From: Vicinamibacteria bacterium
GTDB lineage: Bacteria > Acidobacteriota > Vicinamibacteria > Marinacidobacterales > Marinacidobacteraceae
Length of the DNA: 64,000 bases
Direction of reading: 5' to 3'
Assembly: GCA_963422395.1 (NCBI GenBank)
Contig: OY729431.1
Span: 800,001 to 864,000, forward strand
The position numbers and the translations under genes are program-made. Below, piece after piece: positions 26,120 through 35,491 of the stretch (position 1 is its first letter; the number at the start of each line of letters is the position of its first letter). The notes below the pieces were generated by a model, which saw only the letters and a list, made by a program, of their open reading frames with translations, was not told where the DNA came from and made no database searches.

Positions 26120-29092
26120 TCAGTCCGCCGGGGAATCCCTCGGCTTCAGGATCCAGCCGGCGCCGTGCGCCCCCTGCATCCGTACCACGAGCGGGTTCGC
26201 GAGGCGCAGGTGGCGGACGGCGCACTCCTCGGATTCCGCAGGCTGGGCGGCGAGCCAGTCCCAGTCGAGCTCGCCGTCGCCGCGTTCGGGGTTCACGGTG
26301 AAGTAGCCGATGCCGTTCGACACCAGGTTGGCGAAGAAGTGCGTCCCCTGCGAGGGGGTGACCACGAGGTCCCGGAAACCGGCTTCGACGATGACCTGCG
26401 CTCCGCTGACCTGGTCCCAGCGCACCGGGATGCCGAGGAACGGATCGCGGGAACCCCAGCGTCCTACTCCGAAGAGCGCGTAGGGGCAGCCCTCGCCGAG
26501 GAGCCGGGCGTTCAGCCGGGCGATCTCGCCCGCCGTCTCCCGGCTGTGGAGCCGGTCGAAGCGGCCCGGGTCCACGACCACCAGGTCGGCGAGGTTCTCG
26601 ATCCGTCCGTGGCCGAGCACCCGGGAACTCCGGCAGAGCACCGAGGCGCGGTCTGCGGCTTCTTCCTCGTCGGTGATCGGTTCGCGGGTCTGCTGCAGCC
26701 TTCGCAGCTGCACGAAGCCGAACTCGCGCGGACTTCCCGGCGGGACGGACAGGTTCGCGGCGAACTCCAGCTCCACCGGACCGCGGCAGGCCTCCTCGCC
26801 GAGGTCGAGCAGCTCCGACAGGATCGCGGCAAGCGGGAAGACCTCCGGCATCTTCAGGAGCGGCGCCAGAGTCACGAGGCGAGTCCCCGGGCGGGAGATC
26901 CCGTCGTGGAGAGCGTCTCCAGCCGCTGAAACCGTCGAGCCCAGCAGGCCCAGCACTCCGTCGGCCTCGGCGCCTTCGAGGGATGTTTCGAGGAGCGGCG
27001 GGGCGATGTTCGTTCCGAAGGAGTTTGCGGATTCCGGGGCGGTGAGATCGAGAGCGAGGAAGTTGTGCTGCGCGTTGCAGCGGGCGTCGGCAGCGGCAGC
27101 GAAACCGAGGCGGTGCTGCGGGTGGCGGGGAGAGAAGCGCACCGCCGGCCCGCCGCCGGTCACCTGCTCGCCGAGGCCGAGGGCGACTGCGGCGATGCCG
27201 TCCTCGGACCGGAGCGGAGCGGTCGGGTAGAAGTTCTGCGAGCGCGCGGCGCCGGCGATGTCGGGATAGAAGCGCCGTCCGTGCGGCAGCCCGACGAGCC
27301 GCTGCAGGATGACCGCCATCTTCTCCTCTTCGAGCCGATAGGGAGTGCTGTCGAGGAAATTCCGCGCGTGGGGCAGGAAGAGCGAGGCATAGACCTGCTT
27401 GATGGCCCGGGCGATGGCCGACAGACGCTCTTCCGCCGCGTCGGCGCCGTTCGGGAGCAGCACGGTTTCGTACACCCCGCTGAACGGTTGGTAGGGAGAG
27501 TCTTCGAGCAGGCTGGAGGAGCGGACCGCGAGCGGGTACCGCACCGCCTCCGCGAACCGCCGCAGGTCGGCGGCCGTATCCTCGGGCAGTCGGGCGCGCT
27601 CGAAGCGCTCCCGCAGCTCGATCTCGCGGTCGGCTTCGAGCGCGAAGGGGAGGAGGTCGTTCTCCTCGAGGAAACGATCGAAGACGCCGGTCGCGAGTAC
27701 GACCGCCTGGGGCACCGCGATCAGCGTTCCGGGATGCCGGTCGGCGATGCCCGAACGGTCGAGCACCGAGTTCGTGAAAGCGAGGCCGCGGGCTTTTCCG
27801 CCCACCGAGCCGCTGCCGATGCGGAGGAAGGCCGAACCCGGCTCGAAGCCCTCCCGCGGAAAGTCGGCGACCACTGCGCGGCTCCGTTCCCGGCGCCGCT
27901 CGCCGAGCTGTCGGGCCAGGTCCGAGCCGATGTGCTCGCCGGGCTCGTAGTCGCTGATCCGCACCTCGCGGAGCCGCCGCGCCAGCTCCAGTTCCCCGCG
28001 CGCCATCAACCAGTGCGAGATCTCGTTGTTGCGCCCGTGGTGGACGAGGCTTTCCCGCGGCGCCCGAGCGAGCGCCTGCTGGAAGCCGTCGAGATCGGCG
28101 GCGCGGGCCAGTTCCGTTCCGTCGGGCAGCCGGAAGACGAAATCTCCGAAATGGAACCGCTCCAGCATCAGGCGGCGGGTCTGCCGAAGTAGATCCCGCG
28201 ACCCCTTCAGCAGGAAGTCGGCCCCGGCGCGGCGGGCGAGCGTCTCGTTCTCGGGCCGGTGCGAATGGAGGATCGCCGGGATGTCGGGGCGCTTTTCGCG
28301 CATCGCGGCGACGAAACGCTCTCCCGCTTGCGGGTCGAGCCGGCCGCCGCGGGGGTACTCGATGTCCGAGATCACCCCGAGGATTTGATCCGGGTAGGAG
28401 GTGAGCACTTCCCAGGCCTCCTCGTAGCAGTCGCAGAGGAGGATCTTGGGCCGGCGCCGGATCCGGTGGAACTTCTCGGTGAGGCTCATCCCGTCGGGGA
28501 GCAGCTTGCGGGTCTGCTCGAAGACCGCCTGGTAGATGACCGGCAGGAACGACGAGTAGTACCGGATGCTGTCCTCGACCACCAGGATGGCGGGCACCCC
28601 GCGCTGTCCGGTGTCGTGCGGGGCGTTCCAGCGGTCCTCGACCTGTTTCACGATCGCCAGGAAGATCCCCACATCGCCCTGCCAGACGAAGGGCTTTTCG
28701 AGCCCGGCGCCGGGGTTCTGCCTCCGGTACTCGCGCACCGTCTTCGTGTCGTACCCGAACAGGGTGACCGGAGTGTTCCCGGCCTCTTCGCGGAGCCGGC
28801 CGGCGAAGGCGCCGATGTCCATGTCGCCGAGATGCGGCGAGGCGATCACCAGCTGGAAGCGGGAGGGCTGCTCGGCGAGCCGCTGAAGCGCCTCCGCTCC
28901 GGATTCGACCTGGGTGACGCTCGGCAGGATGCGCAGGTTCAGGTCGAGGAATCCGGACAGCACGCGGTCGTCGAGCTGCCCGTCCTCGGCGAGGATGAAG
29001 GAGTCGTAGTGGGAAAGCACGAAGAGGACTTCGTGGACCTTGAAGCCGAGCAGGTCGGCGAACGCCGGGGAGAGGGCGCCGGGAAGCGGCAT
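26120..29092 (-). CDS. PEP-synthase/PPDK N-terminal (ATP-grasp) domain protein with two receiver-like domains
   Basis: Receiver-like ILVVEDS and ISDIEYP; GGKARGL, PLAVRSSSLLED...FSGVYET, EKMAVILQ; C-terminal PSQGTHFF. Confidence 0.85.
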   Translation of the reverse strand: MPLPGALSPAFADLLGFKVHEVLFVLSHYDSFILAEDGQLDDRVLSGFLDLNLRILPSVTQVESGAEALQRLAEQPSRFQLVIASPHLGDMDIGAFAGRLREEAGNTPVTLFGYDTKTVREYRRQNPGAGLEKPFVWQGDVGIFLAIVKQVEDRWNAPHDTGQRGVPAILVVEDSIRYYSSFLPVIYQAVFEQTRKLLPDGMSLTEKFHRIRRRPKILLCDCYEEAWEVLTSYPDQILGVISDIEYPRGGRLDPQAGERFVAAMREKRPDIPAILHSHRPENETLARRAGADFLLKGSRDLLRQTRRLMLERFHFGDFVFRLPDGTELARAADLDGFQQALARAPRESLVHHGRNNEISHWLMARGELELARRLREVRISDYEPGEHIGSDLARQLGERRRERSRAVVADFPREGFEPGSAFLRIGSGSVGGKARGLAFTNSVLDRSGIADRHPGTLIAVPQAVVLATGVFDRFLEENDLLPFALEADREIELRERFERARLPEDTAADLRRFAEAVRYPLAVRSSSLLEDSPYQPFSGVYETVLLPNGADAAEERLSAIARAIKQVYASLFLPHARNFLDSTPYRLEEEKMAVILQRLVGLPHGRRFYPDIAGAARSQNFYPTAPLRSEDGIAAVALGLGEQVTGGGPAVRFSPRHPQHRLGFAAAADARCNAQHNFLALDLTAPESANSFGTNIAPPLLETSLEGAEADGVLGLLGSTVSAAGDALHDGISRPGTRLVTLAPLLKMPEVFPLAAILSELLDLGEEACRGPVELEFAANLSVPPGSPREFGFVQLRRLQQTREPITDEEEAADRASVLCRSSRVLGHGRIENLADLVVVDPGRFDRLHSRETAGEIARLNARLLGEGCPYALFGVGRWGSRDPFLGIPVRWDQVSGAQVIVEAGFRDLVVTPSQGTHFFANLVSNGIGYFTVNPERGDGELDWDWLAAQPAESEECAVRHLRLANPLVVRMQGAHGAGWILKPRDSPAD

Positions 29093-29199
29093 CGCCCGCA
29101 GAGTGTGCCACCCGGCCAGGTCACCAGGCTCGGGCCCTTCGTCGGGCCGCTTCCCCCCCTACAATCCGCGCCGCGCGTCCCTGCGCCCGGAGGATCCCT

Positions 29200-30558
29200 A
29201 TGGAATACACCGAGTCCATCCTGAACCAGGCTGCTGTCCGGAACCCGGGGGAGCGCGAGTTTCTCCAGGCGGTCCACGAAGTCGTCGAATCGGTGGGAGT
29301 GGTCCTCGAACGCCATCCCGAATACCGCGCTGCGCGCGTCCTCGAACGGATGGTGGAACCCGAGCGGGTGGTGATGTTCCGGGTTCCCTGGCTCGACGAC
29401 GCCGGGAAGGTTCGGGTGAACCGGGGCTTCCGGATCGAGATGAACAGCGCGATCGGTCCCTACAAGGGCGGGTTGCGCTTCCACCCTTCGGTGAACCTCT
29501 CGATCCTCAAGTTCCTCGCCTTCGAGCAGGTGTTCAAGAACTCCCTGACCACGCTGCCGCTCGGCGGCGGCAAGGGCGGGTCGGACTTCGACCCGAAGGG
29601 GAAGAGCGACGCCGAGGTGATGCGCTTCTGTCAGTCCTTCATGACCGAGCTGCAGCGCCACATCGGGGCCTACACCGATGTTCCGGCGGGCGATATCGGC
29701 GTCGGCGGGCGTGAGATCGGCTTTCTCTTCGGACAGTACAAGCGGATCGCGAACCGCTTCACCGGAGTGCTCACCGGAAAGTCACCGGGCTGGGGCGGCT
29801 CGCTCATCCGGCCCGAGGCCACCGGTTACGGAGCGGTGTATTTCGCAAAGGAGATGCTCGCCACTCGGGAGGACACCCTCGCCGGGAAGACCTGCCTCGT
29901 CTCGGGGAGCGGGAATGTCGCCCAGTACACCGTGGAGAAGCTGAACGAGCTCGAAGCGAAGCCGGTGACGCTCTCGGATTCCAGCGGCTTCATCCATGAC
30001 CCGGAAGGCATCGGTCCGGAGAAGCTGGCCTTCGTCATGGAACTCAAGAACGAACGGCGTGGCCGGATCCGCGAGTACGCCGAGAAGTTTCCCGGCGCGC
30101 GGTACTCGGAGTCCGCACTCGGCGCTCCGGAAAATCCGCTCTGGGCGATTCCCGCAGAGTGCGCCTTCCCGAGCGCCACGGAAAACGAGATCAGCGAGCG
30201 CGACGGCGAGAACCTGCTCGCGAACGGCTGTTTCGTGATCTCCGAAGGGGCGAACATGCCGTCGGTTCCCGGCGCGGTGCGGCAGTTCACCGGCGCCGGA
30301 ATCCTCTACGGACCCGGCAAGGCGGCGAACGCCGGCGGGGTCGCGGTGTCCGGTCTCGAGATGGCACAGAATGTCGGGATGATCCAGTGGAAGCGCGAGG
30401 TGGTGGACCGGAGGCTGAACGACATCATGGTGGAGATCCACTCCGACTGCATCGAGGCCGCCGCGCGTTTCGGCGCCCCCGGCAACTATGTGGTCGGGGC
30501 GAACATCGCCGGGTTCTTCAAGGTCGCCGACGCCATGATGGACCAGGGCGTCGTCTGA
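29200..30558 (+). CDS. gdhA: NADP-specific glutamate dehydrogenase
   Basis: GPYKGGLRFHPSVN, GGGKGGSDFDPKGKS, DVPAGDIGVG, RPEATGYG, SGSGNVAQY, KAANAGGVAVSGLEM. Confidence 0.96.
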   Translation: MEYTESILNQAAVRNPGEREFLQAVHEVVESVGVVLERHPEYRAARVLERMVEPERVVMFRVPWLDDAGKVRVNRGFRIEMNSAIGPYKGGLRFHPSVNLSILKFLAFEQVFKNSLTTLPLGGGKGGSDFDPKGKSDAEVMRFCQSFMTELQRHIGAYTDVPAGDIGVGGREIGFLFGQYKRIANRFTGVLTGKSPGWGGSLIRPEATGYGAVYFAKEMLATREDTLAGKTCLVSGSGNVAQYTVEKLNELEAKPVTLSDSSGFIHDPEGIGPEKLAFVMELKNERRGRIREYAEKFPGARYSESALGAPENPLWAIPAECAFPSATENEISERDGENLLANGCFVISEGANMPSVPGAVRQFTGAGILYGPGKAANAGGVAVSGLEMAQNVGMIQWKREVVDRRLNDIMVEIHSDCIEAAARFGAPGNYVVGANIAGFFKVADAMMDQGVV

Positions 30559-30631
30559 TCGCGGCGCTTCCGGTCGTCGAACCACTCCGCCGAGCGGAGG
30601 GGGCGGTCGAGGGTCCGTCCGAATTCGGGGA

Positions 30632-31420
30632 TCAGGCCGGGGGCCCGTCGGGGGGGTGCGCAAGAGGGCTTGCGGTGCTGCTGGCCGTTGCGGCGCCGCC
30701 GTTCTCCCAGCGCGGCACCACCACCCCGAGCGAGATGACCATCTGCAGTGCCTGCTGCCGGCTCATGCTCAGCTCGATCACCTCTTCCCGGGGAAGGGTG
30801 ATCACGAAACCCGATGTGGGGTTGGGGGTGGTGGGAACGAACACCGCCATCACCTCGCGCTCGGTGGATTCCTCGGGTGAGGCGGAGCCGTCTCCTGGAG
30901 TTGCCGGCGCCGTCGAGGGGTGGTGGGCCGAAGGCTCCGGATTTTCGACCCGCACTCCACCCTGCACTCGTTGCCGCACCCGGTGTTGGACCTCGCCGAG
31001 GTCGCCCGCCATCTGGAAGGCGATGCTGTACACCCCCCGGCGCGGATACTCGATCAGGACCACCTTCCCGAAAGCGTCGCCGCTGGTGAAGAGCGCTTCG
31101 AGCAGTTCGCGTACTCCGGAATAGACCCAGCGCGCCACCGGGACGCGGCTGAGCGGGCGCTCCACCGCCACTTTCAGAATCCGGCCGGCCACGCCGAACC
31201 GGGTCACCACCCAGCCGGTGAGCAGCAGCACCGATGCCACCACTCCGAGCGCGGTCAGCCGCGGTTCCCAGCCGAGCGAGGGGAAGAACCACGACGAAAC
31301 GAGCGAGTAGATGATCCGCCCGACGAGCACTACTGCCGCCAACGGGATCCAGACCAGGAAGCCCCGGAGCAGATAGCGGCGAAGGGTTTCCCAGGTGGTG
31401 CGTCGGGCGGGGTCCGGCAT
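30632..31420 (-). CDS. DUF502 family membrane protein
   Basis: Two TM helices; VVLIEYPRRG; VFVPTTPNPTSGF. ATG at 31420. Confidence 0.88.
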   Translation of the reverse strand: MPDPARRTTWETLRRYLLRGFLVWIPLAAVVLVGRIIYSLVSSWFFPSLGWEPRLTALGVVASVLLLTGWVVTRFGVAGRILKVAVERPLSRVPVARWVYSGVRELLEALFTSGDAFGKVVLIEYPRRGVYSIAFQMAGDLGEVQHRVRQRVQGGVRVENPEPSAHHPSTAPATPGDGSASPEESTEREVMAVFVPTTPNPTSGFVITLPREEVIELSMSRQQALQMVISLGVVVPRWENGGAATASSTASPLAHPPDGPPA

Positions 31421-31547
31421 CGTCCGTGAGTTTAGGGGGAGGAGAGAGCCGGTGGTCAGCCCTCCGGGTCCCCCGCAACGCAGCGGAGAGAATTCGAGCG
31501 GCTCCGTTCGGTAAATGCTGGCTACGACTAACATCCGCGCCCCTCCC

Positions 31548-32603
31548 ATGGAGCTCCCGGTCGTCTGCTTGCCCGGCGACGGCATCGGCCCGGAGGTGGT
31601 GGCCGAGGCCGAACGGGTGCTCGGGCGGATCGCCGACCGTTTCGGGCATCGGCTCCGGGTGGAGCGGCACGATTTCGCTGGCGCCGCCTGGGATCGCGGG
31701 GGCGAGGCGTTCCCCGAGACGACCCGGGCCGCCTGCGCCGGCGCGCGCGTGATCCTGCTCGGCGCGGTCGGTGACCCGCGGCACGATGCCCTGCCTGCCG
31801 GCGAGCGCCCCGAGCGCGCGCTCCTCGAACTCCGCCGGATGCTCGACGCCTTCGCGAACCTCCGCCCGGTGCGGGTGGAAACGGTGCCCGGCAACTCGCC
31901 TTTCCGGCCGGCAGCCATCGAGGGCGCCGACCTGCTGATCGTCCGGGAGCTCACCGGGGGCCTCTACTACGGGGAGCCGCGCGGGGTGAGCGGTACTGGC
32001 CCCGCCCGGGTCGGCGTGAACACCCTGCGCTACGAAGCCCGCGAGATCGAACGGATCGCGCGGGTGGCGTTCGCCGCCGCCGCTCGCCGGCGCCGCCGGC
32101 TGCTGTCGGTGGACAAGGCGAATGTGCTGGAGTCCTCGCAGCTCTGGCGCGAAGTGGTGAACGGGGTGGCGCAGGACTATCCGGCGGTCCGCCTCGACCA
32201 CATGTATGTGGACCGGGCGGCGATGGAGATCATCCGCAGCCCCCGCGCGTTCGATGTGCTCCTGACCGGCAACCTGTTCGGAGACATCCTGAGCGACGAG
32301 GCGTCGGTGCTCGCTGGGTCGCTCGGGCTCCTGCCCTCGGCGAGCGTCGGCGAAGGCGCGGGACTCTACGAGCCCGTCCACGGCTCGGCGCCGGACATCG
32401 CCGGCCGAGGGATCGCGAACCCGCTCGGGGCGATCTCCTCGGCAGCGATGATGCTGGAGCTCTCCTTCGGTCTCGCGAACGAGGCGGCAGCGATCCGCGC
32501 CGCAGTAGGCGCCTGCCTTCGGGGAGGCGTGCTTCCCCGGGACCTCGGCGGCTCCGCGGACACTGCCGAAGTCACGAACGCGGTACTCGCGGCGCTCTCC
32601 TGA
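31548..32603 (+). CDS. leuB: 3-isopropylmalate dehydrogenase
   Basis: LPGDGIGPEV, NLRPV, VRELTGGLYYG, VDKANVL, NLFGDILSDEA, YEPVHGSAPDIAG. Confidence 0.95.
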   Translation: MELPVVCLPGDGIGPEVVAEAERVLGRIADRFGHRLRVERHDFAGAAWDRGGEAFPETTRAACAGARVILLGAVGDPRHDALPAGERPERALLELRRMLDAFANLRPVRVETVPGNSPFRPAAIEGADLLIVRELTGGLYYGEPRGVSGTGPARVGVNTLRYEAREIERIARVAFAAAARRRRRLLSVDKANVLESSQLWREVVNGVAQDYPAVRLDHMYVDRAAMEIIRSPRAFDVLLTGNLFGDILSDEASVLAGSLGLLPSASVGEGAGLYEPVHGSAPDIAGRGIANPLGAISSAAMMLELSFGLANEAAAIRAAVGACLRGGVLPRDLGGSADTAEVTNAVLAALS

Positions 32604-32678
32604 GCGGGCCCGCCGGCTCCGCCCCTCTCGCGAGCTTCCGCCGCGCGCCCGGTTTCCCCGCCCGACTCGGGGTTCGGT

Positions 32679-33164
32679 TCAGGAGGCGCTGCCGCCGGGG
32701 GCCGAGCCCGCGCGCAGCTTCGCGGCCAGGTAGGCCGGATGCTCCACATGGAGAAGCGTCGCCACCTTGCGGATGAGGTGCTCTTCCTCCCCGGCCAACT
32801 GCTCGTCGGCGAACGCGACCCGGAACAAAAGCTCGATCACCACGGCTTTCTGTTCGCGGGAGAAGCTCCGGTCCACCGAGCGGGTGAATTCGTAGAGCGA
32901 GACCGCCTTGCGGGACCGGCGGCCGGCGATCTCGAAGACCTCCGCGGTCTCCTGCGGATCGAGGGCGAAAGCGGTTTCGATGCCGGACACGATGGCCTGG
33001 CGCTCGCGCTCGTCCACTTCGTGGTCGGCCGCCGAAACCTCGAGCAGCAGGACCGCGGTGGCGATCTGCACCTCCCGGAGTGAGGGCGGCGCCGCGGGAG
33101 TGCCGCCCGCGGCATCGCCGGCCGCCGGCCGCCGCCCGCTCACGAAGTCGCGGATCCAACTCAT
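32679..33164 (-). CDS. TerB-family (tellurite resistance/DjlA N-terminal-like) protein
   Basis: AVLLLEVSAAD..VDERE; SLYEFT; LFRVAFAD..L..EEEHLIRKVATLL. Confidence 0.85.
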   Translation of the reverse strand: MSWIRDFVSGRRPAAGDAAGGTPAAPPSLREVQIATAVLLLEVSAADHEVDERERQAIVSGIETAFALDPQETAEVFEIAGRRSRKAVSLYEFTRSVDRSFSREQKAVVIELLFRVAFADEQLAGEEEHLIRKVATLLHVEHPAYLAAKLRAGSAPGGSAS

Positions 33165-33201
33165 CGTTCGTTCGCGTCCTCGGGCGAGTCCCGGAGCGGG
33201 G

Positions 33202-34791
33202 TCACGCGGCCCTCACGGCCAGCGCGGCGGAGGGGCGTGAACGCCAGCTCCAGAGGCCGAAGGCGCCCAATCCGAGGAACATCGTCAACAGGCTGACTAC
33301 GAATCCCGCCACCGGGATCTCCACCGCCAGGGCGAGGATACCGAGGCCGAGGGCGATCCGGGCGATCCGCTGTCCGGTGGTGGATGCGAGGCCGAGGATG
33401 GCCTGTCCGATCACCATCGCCGCCACCACCCGCGCCGCATAGAGCAGGAACAGGTAGAGCGCCGCGGTCGTGAAGGCCAGCGGAAGTCCGACGAAGGTGA
33501 TGGCGAGGAGCACCGCAGCGAAAGGAAGCCCCACGAACAGCAGCAATCCCAGCAGCAGCGGCTTCAGCGGGCGCCCGCCGACCGCAGCCATCCCGGCGAG
33601 AGGGCCGGAGGCGAGCAGCACCACGGCGAGGCCGAGGACCAGCCCCATCCCCCAGCGGATCAGAACCTCCAGCACCGCCCCCCAGGGCTCCTCTTCCTCC
33701 GGCTCGGGCCGGACCCATTCGACGGCGGAAGCCCCGGGGGAACGCTGCGGCTCGTTCGATCCGTAGTATCTCGCCGATCCGCTGACCGACGCCTGGGAGC
33801 CGAGTTCGAGCTGGTTCCCTCCGAACTTGAGGTCTCCGCTGACCGGCGCATCGAGTTCCAGGCGCCTCCCCGCGGCGAGCAGCGAACGCCCGACCGGCGC
33901 CGCCACCGACAAACGGTCCCCGGCGATCATCACCGCGCCGCCGACCCGGCCGCCGGGAAGCACCGAGATCCGCTCTCCCGCAGCAGCGAGGCCGCGTCCT
34001 ACCTCGCCGGCGACTCGAAGCGACTGCGCCGCGCCGCGCAGGCTGAGGCCGACGCTTCCGTCGACGATCAGTTCGCCGCCGACGGCGAACACATCGCCGT
34101 CCACCCGTCCGCTGAGTGTGAGTATGCCGCCGGCGAAGTACACATCGCCCCGAACCGTGCCCGCGATGACCGCCTCCTCGCACAGCAGCAGCAGGTCGTC
34201 GTCCACCACCTGTCCGGCGGCGATGCGGCAGTTCGCGGACTCGCCGGTTGCGATTTCCAGGGCTTCGGCGGGGGAGTCGAGCGCGGTGATCCCGGGGACC
34301 AGCGCAGCGGTCAGGAGGAGCGGCGCCCTGCCGACGCGGCGGCGGACGGCGGCGGTGGATGCCAGGACGATTCCAACGAGAGTCATGAGGAGGATGCCTC
34401 CATGGGCGAGTTGGGTGCCGATCTGCTGGAAGTCCATCAGCGAGAGGAACCGGTAACCGAGATTCGAGAGCAGGGGGAGCGCGTCGGGAAGCGGAGCTTC
34501 GGAGGCCGCTTCGCCGAAGGAGGCGAAGAGCCGCCGGAAGACGACGAGGCCGAAAGAGGCGAGGAGACCGGCGGCCACCACCCAGCCGAGTTCGCGTCGA
34601 ATGTTCCGCTCCGGGGCCGCCTCCAAGGGGATCGCCGCCTGCAGAACCTCGCTCTCCCGCTGCAGCCCCTCGTAGAGTCGGCCGCAGGGGAAGCAGTGGA
34701 CGAGGTGGGAGCGAGCTGCGGCCGTTTCGGCAGGGGTCAACTCGGAGTCTCCGAGGGCCAGCAGTTCCCGTTCGGAAAGGTGGTTCTCCAC
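33202..34791 (-). CDS. Zn-finger (zf-HC2) anti-sigma factor fused to bactofilin-like beta-helix repeats and a multi-TM C-terminus
   Basis: HLVHCFPC; TM segments; repeats IAGTVRGDVYFAGG / LSGRVDGDVFAVGG / VDGSVGLSL; several C-terminal TM helices. Confidence 0.8.
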   Translation of the reverse strand: MENHLSERELLALGDSELTPAETAAARSHLVHCFPCGRLYEGLQRESEVLQAAIPLEAAPERNIRRELGWVVAAGLLASFGLVVFRRLFASFGEAASEAPLPDALPLLSNLGYRFLSLMDFQQIGTQLAHGGILLMTLVGIVLASTAAVRRRVGRAPLLLTAALVPGITALDSPAEALEIATGESANCRIAAGQVVDDDLLLLCEEAVIAGTVRGDVYFAGGILTLSGRVDGDVFAVGGELIVDGSVGLSLRGAAQSLRVAGEVGRGLAAAGERISVLPGGRVGGAVMIAGDRLSVAAPVGRSLLAAGRRLELDAPVSGDLKFGGNQLELGSQASVSGSARYYGSNEPQRSPGASAVEWVRPEPEEEEPWGAVLEVLIRWGMGLVLGLAVVLLASGPLAGMAAVGGRPLKPLLLGLLLFVGLPFAAVLLAITFVGLPLAFTTAALYLFLLYAARVVAAMVIGQAILGLASTTGQRIARIALGLGILALAVEIPVAGFVVSLLTMFLGLGAFGLWSWRSRPSAALAVRAA

Positions 34792-34793
34792 GG

Positions 34794-35393
34794 TCAGATT
34801 TCCTCGCCGGCCAGGTATTCGCGCATCCGGCGCCGGCCGCGGAGCAGGAGGACGCCCACATTCGTGCGGGTCACCCCGAGGATCTCCGCGATTTCCCGGT
34901 AGTTCGATCCCGCGCCGTGGCGGAGCGTGAGAGCGAATCGCTGCCGGAGCGGCAGTCGGTCGAGTGCCTCGCGGATCCGTTCTCCCCGCTCGGCGACGAT
35001 CAACTGCTCGAGCGGGTTCGGCGCCTCCGAGACCAGGCTGGCCTCGCCCTCGTCGTCGAGCGGTTCGGAGCGTGCGCGCCGACGCGCTTCGTCCCAGCAC
35101 CGATTCGCCGCGACCCTGAAGAGCCAGGGCGCGAACGGACGGGAATCGTCGAAAGTATCGAGCCGGAAACGCGCCTTCAGCATGATTTCGCTGGCGAGAT
35201 CGTCGGCGTCGGCGCCGGGGAGCGCCCGGCGGCAGAAACCGAGGATTCGGGGGTGGAAATGGGAATAGAGCGCCTCCCACGCACGCGATCCGGCGTCGTT
35301 CCCGGTGTTCTCGCCAGTCCGGCGGCAGATGCGGACCAGCCGGGTGATTTCCCGATTCTCGAGTGGCCGGTCGCTTGGCCCGCCGTCGATCAT
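34794..35393 (-). CDS. ECF RNA polymerase sigma factor
   Basis: Region 2 (ADDLASE..., FAPWLFRVAANRCWDEAR) and region 4 (LDRLPLRQR...NYREIAEILG...VLLLRGR). Directly upstream of the anti-sigma gene. Confidence 0.92.
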   Translation of the reverse strand: MIDGGPSDRPLENREITRLVRICRRTGENTGNDAGSRAWEALYSHFHPRILGFCRRALPGADADDLASEIMLKARFRLDTFDDSRPFAPWLFRVAANRCWDEARRRARSEPLDDEGEASLVSEAPNPLEQLIVAERGERIREALDRLPLRQRFALTLRHGAGSNYREIAEILGVTRTNVGVLLLRGRRRMREYLAGEEI

Positions 35394-35491
35394 CCCTCCC
35401 ACCCTCCGTTACGCCCAGCCAAGCTCAGAGATTACATGGTGCAACGCCGAGGACGACGAGGCATCGGGCGGGGCTCCTTAGAATCCCGGCG

